DNA of 57,297 nucleotides from a virus (Duplodnaviria; Caudoviricetes): IMG/VR virus record IMGVR_UViG_3300036987_000111, positions 1 to 57,297 of that record; one strand, 5' to 3'. Shown piece by piece: positions 25,130 to 33,233 of this stretch (position 1 is its first letter; each line of letters starts with the position of its first letter). The notes under the pieces were generated by a model. It saw only the letters and a program-made list of their open reading frames with translations, ran no database searches and was not told where the DNA came from. The position numbers and the translations under genes were made by a program.

Positions 25130-26701
25130 CTAAATTTCCTGAATATCATCTGAATCAGTGAGATGTTGCGCAGCAACCCAACCCCTATTCGTTGTCAAAA
25201 ATTTGTGGTCTTTCGTACAGCGAATTACTTTGTTATTTGCAAACACTAATTCCAAAATCTCTTCATCTATGTCATAACGAAGTTTGTTTTGCACTTGTTT
25301 AGGTTGCCCATACGCATCAATAACGTTCTCTCCTAATTTAATGGTTGAGATTAGGTTATACAATCCGTCTGACATTTTTACTCTAGTATCGGGCAAAAAA
25401 CATCCCCTGCCCGGTCCAAGAATCATCACTTTTTGTCCCTCATCACATATCGCTTTCTGTGTCAAGAAATACCTGGAAAAATTCTGAGAGATGATAACCT
25501 TTAGTTCTTTCTCCAACCGATCCAGGTATTTCTGCTTCTTATCCAATCTCTTCTCTGTTAAGCCTCTATATGCCAAATCTCTAAGAATCTCATCCGGATT
25601 CTCTCCGGAAGGAACAATAAAATTGGGCAATTTAACAGAACGATCTGGTTCGATTTCCTGAATTCCTTGTGCAACCAGGAAGGTTCTTTCGATTGATTCC
25701 AAAATCTGCTTCTCGTCATATGAGATTCCGCAAATCTCTGAATATCTCCGAAAGGCTTCGAACATTTGATCCCCATTCTTGGGGAAAATCTCATATTTAA
25801 GTTCAGATATTGACTTTGGAAGAGAATAGAATTCTTCTTCCTGTTCTTTGCCGATTGATTTGGAAAGCCAAGCAAGTTTCTTATATACCTCTCTATCCTT
25901 CCAAAGTTCAGGATTGGGATAATGATAGTCCGCAGTTGAAACCAATTGAATACCGGTCTTCTCAGACAACAAGATTAGCAATTTATTGAGCCTATGCTGT
26001 TCCGAAAATGAATTCCACTGCAATTCTAAGAAGAATCTATCCCCGAAGATATCTCTCATCTTTTCTGCTAGTATCTGCATTTCTGTCAATACAAAGGAAT
26101 CTTCCTTTTCTTCGTGCTTTTTGAGAATCTTTCCGAATAGACCGCCCAAACAGGCAGAGGTTGCAATAATTCCTTCTGAATAATTCCGAAGCATCTCAAG
26201 GTCAATTCTTGGATACCGATAGAAATTTTCCCTGGCAAAAGAATGAGAAACCAGCCAAAAAAGATTCTGCAAACCTTTTTCATTCTGTGCTAACAGAACC
26301 ATATGAGAACGTTCATTCAGGGCGGTAGTGGCAGATTTGCTTTCTCTTTCATCTTCTATGAAGGAAACATCATCATCTACCTTTTTTTCCTTCTTCTTTT
26401 TTTCTTTGGATTCGCTATGTTCCTTATGAAGTTCCCGCCAGTCCGGAAGAGATTCAATGAAGTAGAATTCACAACCATATATCGGTTTGAAGGTCTTTCC
26501 TTCATCTTTCATCTTCCTGGCATGGAGGTATTGATAGGAAAATCCATTCATTGTTCCATGATCTGTCAGGGCGCAAGCATCCATTCCGTTTTCGTATGCA
26601 AAATCCATGGACTCTTGAGGATATCCAATGGCATCTCCGAGAGAGCCTATCGTAGAGTGACCGTGCAAGTTAACAAATTTGATCTTTGAATTATTTCTCA
26701 T
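25130..26701 (-). CDS. dnaE: DnaE fragment 1 of 5: extein 1 (PHP domain onward, 433 aa) + IntN1 (90 aa)
   Basis: NLHGHS, LTDHG, GCEFY, HMVLLA, SACLGG, TADYHY, GPGRG|CFLPDT...TKDH. Confidence 0.95.
   Translation of the reverse strand: MRNNSKIKFVNLHGHSTIGSLGDAIGYPQESMDFAYENGMDACALTDHGTMNGFSYQYLHARKMKDEGKTFKPIYGCEFYFIESLPDWRELHKEHSESKEKKKKEKKVDDDVSFIEDERESKSATTALNERSHMVLLAQNEKGLQNLFWLVSHSFARENFYRYPRIDLEMLRNYSEGIIATSACLGGLFGKILKKHEEKEDSFVLTEMQILAEKMRDIFGDRFFLELQWNSFSEQHRLNKLLILLSEKTGIQLVSTADYHYPNPELWKDREVYKKLAWLSKSIGKEQEEEFYSLPKSISELKYEIFPKNGDQMFEAFRRYSEICGISYDEKQILESIERTFLVAQGIQEIEPDRSVKLPNFIVPSGENPDEILRDLAYRGLTEKRLDKKQKYLDRLEKELKVIISQNFSRYFLTQKAICDEGQKVMILGPGRGCFLPDTRVKMSDGLYNLISTIKLGENVIDAYGQPKQVQNKLRYDIDEEILELVFANNKVIRCTKDHKFLTTNRGWVAAQHLTDSDDIQEI
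25133..25402 (-). other. split intein 1, N-terminal half
   Basis: CFLPDTRV...RCTKDHKFLT.NRGWV.A..L then stop. Confidence 0.92.
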
Positions 26702-26707
26702 AGTGTA

Positions 26708-26736
26708 ACTCTACCCTATTTCTTTCTGGAAGTCAA
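26708..26736 (-). promoter_or_regulatory. sigma70-type promoter, probably giving a leaderless dnaE-1 mRNA
   Basis: TTGACT-N17-TAGAGT, then 6 nt to the ATG; no SD. Confidence 0.5.
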
Positions 26737-26739
26737 GTT

Positions 26740-27366
26740 CTAGTTTAATCCCCAGGCAGCAATGCTCATGTCAAATTGATGAGTTCCTTTAACCAAATCT
26801 AGCATCTTCTGCGCAATCTCTCTGATTTCCTTCTGTGCATCCGGAGAATTCCGAAGTTTTTGGAAATGAACAAAACTACTAAAATTGAAAGAAACATCTT
26901 GAGTTAATTGAGTGCAATAGGGAAGATAAAACCTTGCTGATTCCTTCGCCCTCTTTCTATCGTAACCCTTCTTTACTAGCCTCTCTAGGGCTTCGTGATA
27001 TGTTTTAAGGGCATCATTCGTAAATCCTTCAAGTTTCTGCCTTTCTTCTTCGTCCCAATCGTTAGGCAAATAAAACTTATCATCTTTGAGTTCTTTATAG
27101 CGGGCTGATTCAGTGTTGACGGAGACTCCTATTCGATGTTTGATTGTGTGAATGTGACTGCACAAATCTGAAGTTACTAGGAAATGCAAAACGCTTTTTT
27201 CAAAGGGTGTTTTGTGCTGATTTTCTGCCAACATAAACAACAATTTCCTGACCTTTTCTGGATCTTCCAATTTTCCTTCTCTACTGGTTGATGTCCAGGC
27301 AGAACCAGCATGGGTTAAATCAGAACCGTAATAACCAATTAATTCAACAGTGTTCTCATTTTTCAT
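26740..27366 (-). CDS. thyX: FAD-dependent thymidylate synthase
   Basis: HKTPFE, KHR...SVNTESARY, AKESARFYLP, LRNSPDAQKEIR. Confidence 0.92.
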   Translation of the reverse strand: MKNENTVELIGYYGSDLTHAGSAWTSTSREGKLEDPEKVRKLLFMLAENQHKTPFEKSVLHFLVTSDLCSHIHTIKHRIGVSVNTESARYKELKDDKFYLPNDWDEEERQKLEGFTNDALKTYHEALERLVKKGYDRKRAKESARFYLPYCTQLTQDVSFNFSSFVHFQKLRNSPDAQKEIREIAQKMLDLVKGTHQFDMSIAAWGLN

Positions 27367-27367
27367 C

Positions 27368-28531
27368 TTAATCTTCCTCTTCTCTGTTTATTTGCTCCAA
27401 TTCGGATTCAATAGTCTCAAAATCCCAATCACTTTCCGCTAAGAGTTTCTGAATGTCTTGATTTATGCTAGCCAATTTGTTTTTTGCTTCCAAACTATCA
27501 TGACGACTGAAAACCTCTTCTATTTCTTTCTTCTTGCCGGGATTGTTTGGAAGATTTTCGATTGCATCCACATTAAATCGAGTATCAACAGAGGTTGAAC
27601 CTATGAGTCTCTTTCGAATACCTGCTGCTTCAACTCCAATCTTAAGATCGTAGATTTCCTTGAAAGGATCTTGAAAATATTGACGGTAGAAGTAATTCTT
27701 TGGTCGGATGATCTTTTTTGATTTGGGATCGCTCAGATAAGCCCTGTATTGCTGCCATGTACTTATATTGTGGTGCCAGTCAATATCGACATATTGACAA
27801 TCAGGGAGGGAACCAATAACCGCTTTCAATTGCTTTGCAAAGGGTATTCTCCCGAGATTTCCCCCGAAAAATTCTTTTCTTTCAACCTGCGAATAATACT
27901 CATTAAACTTTTGTAGTAATTTGGATTGATCCTCTGGTCGGAAACAGAAACTTAGAGGATATCCATGCACGGCAGAATTTGCCCGATAATCTTGAATGAC
28001 TGCGTTGGATTCCCCCGAAGAAAAGATGTTCCTGTTTTGAACCAAAAAGAGAGAATCATGAATGGTCCAGGGCATTGCAACATAAAATTTGTGAGGGGAT
28101 AGATACACAGCAACACTATGGTTGCAATAAAAGATATGCTTTGCCGCATACAAAACATTGAAGATGAAAGAATCTGCTTTCACTTGTTCTGGATATTGTT
28201 GGGAAAGATAGAAGATCGGAATATACTTGATTCTGGAATTTTTAATGCTTCTGGCTAATTTGAAGCCTTCTCCAAGATAAGAGACAGGATCAATAACCCA
28301 ATCTCCTATCTTCTCTCGGATATAATCCGGAGCATCAGGAGGAAGAACAACCCAAATACTATGACAGCCTGCGCGTGAACATTCTATAACCGCTCTTTCT
28401 GCTGCTGTAAGGTCTTCAGCGATTGGTAGAAGCGAAGGATGCTGCTCAAGTTTGAAATCCAATCCTTGCGGTGTAAGGACGACGATTCCTGCCATGTGTC
28501 TTGATCTTTTTCTTGATTTTTCCTTGGGCAT
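27368..28531 (-). CDS. nucleotidyltransferase-like (GT-A-like) hypothetical protein
   Basis: AGIVVL...LLPIA...AVIEC.RAGC.SIWVV resembles the N-terminus of NTP transferases, degenerate. Confidence 0.45.
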   Translation of the reverse strand: MPKEKSRKRSRHMAGIVVLTPQGLDFKLEQHPSLLPIAEDLTAAERAVIECSRAGCHSIWVVLPPDAPDYIREKIGDWVIDPVSYLGEGFKLARSIKNSRIKYIPIFYLSQQYPEQVKADSFIFNVLYAAKHIFYCNHSVAVYLSPHKFYVAMPWTIHDSLFLVQNRNIFSSGESNAVIQDYRANSAVHGYPLSFCFRPEDQSKLLQKFNEYYSQVERKEFFGGNLGRIPFAKQLKAVIGSLPDCQYVDIDWHHNISTWQQYRAYLSDPKSKKIIRPKNYFYRQYFQDPFKEIYDLKIGVEAAGIRKRLIGSTSVDTRFNVDAIENLPNNPGKKKEIEEVFSRHDSLEAKNKLASINQDIQKLLAESDWDFETIESELEQINREEED

Positions 28532-29301
28532 AGATAATATTCTAGTTTCCTTGTATAGTCAAATAATTCAACTTCTGTCTGCTTTACGATTTCCTCAAAC
28601 GTCCTTTTGTCGAATGCTATATTTGGATATTCTGCGAACTCTCTTTGATCAAACTTGCTTTTAATTCTCTGCTTGTGTTTGATTCTGAAGGGATTTCCTT
28701 GAGATACCCGATTCAGCAAAATTCGGATTGAAGATTCGTCATAGTCCCTGGAGTTTAACTGTTCTTCTGTCAGTTCGAAATCCAGAACCAAATCCTTCTG
28801 ATTCTTTTTGGTTTCGCTCGGATAGAAGAAAACCGTCTTAACGAATTCGAATTCCTCTCTTTCCAAGCAAGACCTTAAAATCTCTTCGGAATTGTCCGTT
28901 TTCAACTCAAAAACATCGATAATTCTGTATCTTGGAGAATACCCATCCAGAATATCCAATCCGATTATCTCATCTGATTCAAATATCCTCAGACTTTCAA
29001 AAAAGAATTCGAAAAGCACTCCGGAAACAGAGGAAACAACCATTGTCTGTTTCTCTGGATCGATGTCAATGCTGGATATCTGTTCGTGCGCTCCTGGCAG
29101 TAATCCCGCCATTGCTAGCAGAAATTTTCCTCTTTTCCAGAAGACCAATTTCGAATCCAGATTTGCAAACTTATCCCAAAAGACATAACGAAAGTCTTTC
29201 TCGACGGACAACAAAGGAATTCCCTTTCGGAGACAATATTCAATTGCTTGAACGTTATTTCCTATGGCAATTTCTTCATAGCCTAATCGAACAGGTGTCA
29301 T
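28384..29301 (-). CDS. hypothetical protein (degenerate Rossmann-like N-terminus)
   Basis: EEIAIGNNVQAIEY; long ORF overlapping the next gene. Confidence 0.5.
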   Translation of the reverse strand: MTPVRLGYEEIAIGNNVQAIEYCLRKGIPLLSVEKDFRYVFWDKFANLDSKLVFWKRGKFLLAMAGLLPGAHEQISSIDIDPEKQTMVVSSVSGVLFEFFFESLRIFESDEIIGLDILDGYSPRYRIIDVFELKTDNSEEILRSCLEREEFEFVKTVFFYPSETKKNQKDLVLDFELTEEQLNSRDYDESSIRILLNRVSQGNPFRIKHKQRIKSKFDQREFAEYPNIAFDKRTFEEIVKQTEVELFDYTRKLEYYLCPRKNQEKDQDTWQESSSLHRKDWISNLSSILRFYQSLKTLQQQKERL

Positions 29302-29606
29302 TCAACAATTCCGTAGATGTATCGGAGTTCAACGAAGTAATGGGTTTCCCCCTCAAACTCAAATTTGCGAATCATTGTTGATTCTACAGCAACATACTTT
29401 CCGATGTAATGCTGAAATTTGTTGTTTTCAATCGCAGGATCAACCTTCAGAAGTTTGACAATTTCTACTTCTGCCTTGTTGGTCCAGGACTTATTTAGAC
29501 TCTTGAAGGTAGACAGGGGATCTTGTGTTTCTTCTTCCTTCGCTAGCGCATAGGGAAGAACAGAAGCAACCATTCCCTTTGGGTGAAAATCAGACATTCT
29601 CGGCAT
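29298..29606 (-). CDS. divergent GroES-like co-chaperonin
   Basis: ~100 aa; F.P near the N-terminus, IGKYVAV, FEFEGETHYFVELRYIYGIVE echoes the GroES C-terminus. Confidence 0.55.
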   Translation of the reverse strand: MPRMSDFHPKGMVASVLPYALAKEEETQDPLSTFKSLNKSWTNKAEVEIVKLLKVDPAIENNKFQHYIGKYVAVESTMIRKFEFEGETHYFVELRYIYGIVE

Positions 29607-29925
29607 CCCTTGGCATGGATTGATTGACTGTCCGGAAACCAGAGGTAACAGAAGCCTTTACCTTCTCATAAAGATCCTGAAGGTCTTCCATGTCGATATC
29701 CTTTGAGAACAGTCGATACGCCTTGATAAGCATTGCCTGTTCTTCTTTTGGTAGCCAACCATTTTCGTCATAACTTTTCCGAAAATCAGAAAAATGCTCA
29801 CGAAGGGTTTGCATCTGTGACATAACCTCAACCATATTCTTTGTGAAGTCGTTTACCGCTTCATCATATGGCTTAAACGGAGCATCGTTGATCGGCTTCT
29901 CTTTGCGTGGTCTTCCTCTAGGCAT
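29590..29925 (-). CDS. putative DNA-binding protein
   Basis: Start MPRGRPRK (AT-hook-like) after AGGAG; helical body. Confidence 0.5.
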   Translation of the reverse strand: MPRGRPRKEKPINDAPFKPYDEAVNDFTKNMVEVMSQMQTLREHFSDFRKSYDENGWLPKEEQAMLIKAYRLFSKDIDMEDLQDLYEKVKASVTSGFRTVNQSMPRDAENV

Positions 29926-30313
29926 CTTTTTTCTCCTTTTTTTCTTCTTTGATTTCGGAATCAGATTCCGCAAATCTCTCTAATGTTTTGAGAACTTGTT
30001 CCTTTTGTCTGATGTCTCTTTGCATGTTCTCTAATGCAGCAAGCCTATCCCGAGCCTGTTCAACTTCTTTGTCAAGCATGTCTGCTCTTTTCAGTTCGTG
30101 TTGAAGTCTTTCCTTTACTTCTTCATCGTTTTCTTTGCGAGTAGCACGCAAACCCGAAAGCGAAACTCTCATACTCAAATTATCGTATTTTCCTACACCC
30201 TTGACCTTTTCTGACATCTCCTTGAGATATTCGATTAATTCCTCAACCTCATAGAAACTCTTCATGTTCAATTGATCATCGTCAATAATGACGGAAACTG
30301 TTTTTCTTTCCAC
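29918..30313 (-). CDS. coiled-coil hypothetical protein
   Basis: AGGAG SD, promoter upstream. Confidence 0.6.
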   Translation of the reverse strand: MERKTVSVIIDDDQLNMKSFYEVEELIEYLKEMSEKVKGVGKYDNLSMRVSLSGLRATRKENDEEVKERLQHELKRADMLDKEVEQARDRLAALENMQRDIRQKEQVLKTLERFAESDSEIKEEKKEKKDA

Positions 30314-30331
30314 TTTTTTCTCCTATGCTCT

Positions 30332-30360
30332 ATTGTATGACAATTCCGAAGAACTGTCAA
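30332..30360 (-). promoter_or_regulatory. sigma70-type promoter overlapping a cUUCGg hairpin
   Basis: TTGACA-N17-TACAAT; TGACAGTTC-TTCG-GAATTGTCA. Confidence 0.7.
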
Positions 30361-30368
30361 TTCTTTTC

Positions 30369-33233
30369 TCAGCATTTCGTCCAGGAACAGGAAGTGCAAT
30401 GTACACAACCTGAGTGATAAATCAGGGTCTTCTGATTACATTCCGGACAAACATCATCCTTTGGGGATTCCCCGTCAGAAATATACTTCTTCAAAACCCG
30501 AGTTAATACCTTTGAAATTCCCTGAAAATCTTCTGGCTTATCTTTAGCCAGAGACTCGCAAATATCCTTGATTGGAACTCCAGAACGCAAGGAAAGAGAA
30601 ATCATTCTTGTCACAGCGCCATAAAGGTTATTCTCGAAGGTTGCGACAATGTTCTTTACGATCAATTCATCATCATTTTCCCCGACAAATAAATCGTAGA
30701 CACTTCTTCCATTCTCTTTGCCGTTTTTGCCAACTCTTCCCTCTTTGAACTTTCGAGGAATTTGAAGGTGTTCTGCCTTCCCTGCGAAAACCTCATAAGG
30801 AGCAGAGTCCTTAATTCCAACCAAAACAATCCATTTTTCTCCATTGATATTAACAGAATTAATGTCACATTTCAGATACTTCGGACGTTTGGTTCCCTTC
30901 TGCTTCTCTTGCTTATCTTCCTTGGAAATCAAAACATTTTCTCGACTTCCATCAACATAGATGGATAAACCTTTGCAACCCGACCTCCAAGCAGCAAAGT
31001 AAATCTCCCCTACTGTCTGACTTGTCGTTCCCTTCGGAAGATTCACGGTAGAAGAAATGCTATGAGTTGTATATTTCTGAACAATCGATTGAATTGTAAT
31101 TCTCTTCTGCCAGGAAATGTCATTTGCTGTTGAACCAAAATAAGGGGATTCTTCGGGAGCCTTCCCCGGATTAAGTTTCAGCCAACTTTCAAGACCTTTG
31201 TGAGAAACCTCATAAGTTTTCCATCTATCCCCGGAAGAATCAATTTCTTCGAAGTCCTGTCCTTCTGTCACTTTCCGTCGTCTAAACAAAGAAAGAGCGT
31301 AGCAAGGTTCAATTCCAGAGGTTGTTTGACTGAGTGTTGATAAGGTACCTGTTGGAGCGATTGCAGACCAAGAAACCGAACGTCTTCCAACCTTCATCAT
31401 TCTTTCGTATAGAGAGGGGAATTTCTTTTGAATCATTTGTACAAATTCAGAAGTTTTCTCGATTTCAGGATCAAAGCCTTCGAAGGTTCCTCTTTCTTCC
31501 GCCAAATCAATTAAACAATGCAATTCTGATTCAAGTTTGGCTTTCATGATGTATTCAACCATTTTCACGGTAACATCATCTTCATAATCGTATTTAAGCC
31601 CCAATGCTGCCAGGGTATCTCCCAATGCGGTAAATCCTAACCCGGTCCTTCTTCCTGCTTCTGCGTTCTTTCTGTATAACTCCCAGGTTCGCTTCTCTAC
31701 GGCTTTGATATAATCCGGTTCTGGATCTGTCTCAATTTTCTGAAGAATCCTATCCATTGCTTCAATCTCTAGAGAAACCAAATCGTCCATCAACCGTTGA
31801 GACAGATAGACATATTTTCTCCACAATTCAAAATCAAACTGTGCTTCGGATGTCCAGGGATTCTTAACAAAACTAAGCATATTTAATGCCATAAGTCTAC
31901 AAGTATCCGGATTCATTACGATTTCTGAACAATTGTGTACCAACAAACCGTTTGCGAAAAAATTATGATTGTCTTCAACTGAAAGATCGTAAACATCATA
32001 GGTTTCTTCTTCCTGCTCAATCGATTCAATTTCAACAAAATTTCCAGCAGAATTAAGCAACTTGTCTGTTCCCATCAAAAAAGAAGCAGGAATCCAACCT
32101 CTTTGAGTGTATACTAGATGCTCCGGAGTCAACTTCAATTCCTTCCCGGTTCCAGTCCGAATCTTTAATACTTTCGTACTTTTCTTTGTAGGGAAAGCAA
32201 TCGCATTTTTGAACTCAACTTCTTTTGTTTGTTCATTAAAACTCTTGACTTTGAAAATCGTCTTATTGTCCGCAAGGCTTTCAATCGTTTGTGTCCCTGC
32301 TGAAGTTACAATTTCAGTATCTCCGGTAACACATGGATTCGAAGTTAAATTCTCATACTGAGGATAAACGCTAGAAGGGGAATAATAGTGGTTTCTTGTA
32401 TGCCACATAATCCCCGGTTCAGCGGTTTTTGCGGTACAAGAAATCAATGTCTCCCAAAGTTCCCTTGCTTTGACAGTTTTCGTCATTGTTGGAGTCGGAG
32501 AATGAACAGGAAACCTTAAAACATAATCTTCATCATTTTCGACTGCCCTCATGAAATCATCGGTCAATTGAACGGAAATATTTGCTCCGGTAATCTCCTT
32601 AAGATCCTGTTTGGATTTGATGAAATCTTCAACGGAATAATGATCCCCGTGAATCGATATCATCAATGCTCCACGTCTGCCAAGTTGAGCGGTTTCCCGA
32701 GTGGAATTACTGAATCTCTTCATGAAGGAAACAACACCGCTGCTAGTCTTTGCTGCATTTCGAACCTTTGCTGAATTAGGGCGAAGATTTGTGACAGACA
32801 GACCAACTCCGCAACGCCGCTTCATCAATTGAACCAGTTGTTGATCGGCATATGCGATTCCGCCATAGGAATCAAAAAGATCCGGAAGAACAACACAATT
32901 TGAGAGGCTTGTAATTTCGTCCTTCTTTCCTCCCAAACCAGACATAATGGAACCACCAGGAATCAAATATTTGAACCGGTCAAGCAATCCAAAGATTTCA
33001 TCAAAACTAAGTTTATTTTCCCCGCCAAATTCTTCTTCGATTCTGACAAATTCAGTTGCTAACCTTTTGTGCATATCAACCGGAGTCAATTCGTAGTAAT
33101 CTTCGCCGTCCTTGAGGGCATATTTATCCCTCCAGACCTCTGCCGCAAGATCATCTCCTTCGAAATATTCCAAACAAGCCCGAGTAACCTCTTCCTTTGA
33201 ATAAACCTTTCGCATCTCTTCTTCTTCAATCAT
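30369..33233 (-). CDS. nrdJ: class II (B12-dependent) ribonucleotide reductase, with intein
   Basis: SLSNCVV, RRGALM, GANISV, NP/CSEI, RRTGLG, IAPTGT, TSGIEP, C-terminal CPEC...CTSC. Confidence 0.93.
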   Translation of the reverse strand: MIEEEEMRKVYSKEEVTRACLEYFEGDDLAAEVWRDKYALKDGEDYYELTPVDMHKRLATEFVRIEEEFGGENKLSFDEIFGLLDRFKYLIPGGSIMSGLGGKKDEITSLSNCVVLPDLFDSYGGIAYADQQLVQLMKRRCGVGLSVTNLRPNSAKVRNAAKTSSGVVSFMKRFSNSTRETAQLGRRGALMISIHGDHYSVEDFIKSKQDLKEITGANISVQLTDDFMRAVENDEDYVLRFPVHSPTPTMTKTVKARELWETLISCTAKTAEPGIMWHTRNHYYSPSSVYPQYENLTSNPCVTGDTEIVTSAGTQTIESLADNKTIFKVKSFNEQTKEVEFKNAIAFPTKKSTKVLKIRTGTGKELKLTPEHLVYTQRGWIPASFLMGTDKLLNSAGNFVEIESIEQEEETYDVYDLSVEDNHNFFANGLLVHNCSEIVMNPDTCRLMALNMLSFVKNPWTSEAQFDFELWRKYVYLSQRLMDDLVSLEIEAMDRILQKIETDPEPDYIKAVEKRTWELYRKNAEAGRRTGLGFTALGDTLAALGLKYDYEDDVTVKMVEYIMKAKLESELHCLIDLAEERGTFEGFDPEIEKTSEFVQMIQKKFPSLYERMMKVGRRSVSWSAIAPTGTLSTLSQTTSGIEPCYALSLFRRRKVTEGQDFEEIDSSGDRWKTYEVSHKGLESWLKLNPGKAPEESPYFGSTANDISWQKRITIQSIVQKYTTHSISSTVNLPKGTTSQTVGEIYFAAWRSGCKGLSIYVDGSRENVLISKEDKQEKQKGTKRPKYLKCDINSVNINGEKWIVLVGIKDSAPYEVFAGKAEHLQIPRKFKEGRVGKNGKENGRSVYDLFVGENDDELIVKNIVATFENNLYGAVTRMISLSLRSGVPIKDICESLAKDKPEDFQGISKVLTRVLKKYISDGESPKDDVCPECNQKTLIYHSGCVHCTSCSWTKC
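31932..32333 (-). other. contiguous mini-intein (134 aa) in NrdJ
   Basis: TSNP|CVTGDT...LTPEH...HNFFANGLLVHN|CSEI; the +1 Cys is the NPCxE active-site Cys. Confidence 0.95.

Noticed and set aside
15707-26701. Contiguous inteins read through recoded stop codons (alternative genetic code)
   Set aside because: Fragments end in both TAG and TAA. The spacers (62, 52, 42, 68 nt) are out of frame or contain an in-frame TAA, the endonucleases are out of frame with the C-halves, and TAG ends ordinary genes such as thyX.
15707-26701. dnaE as a decayed pseudogene
   Set aside because: Breaks fall only inside inteins at the usual split point, all exteins are open, and catalytic and splicing residues are retained.
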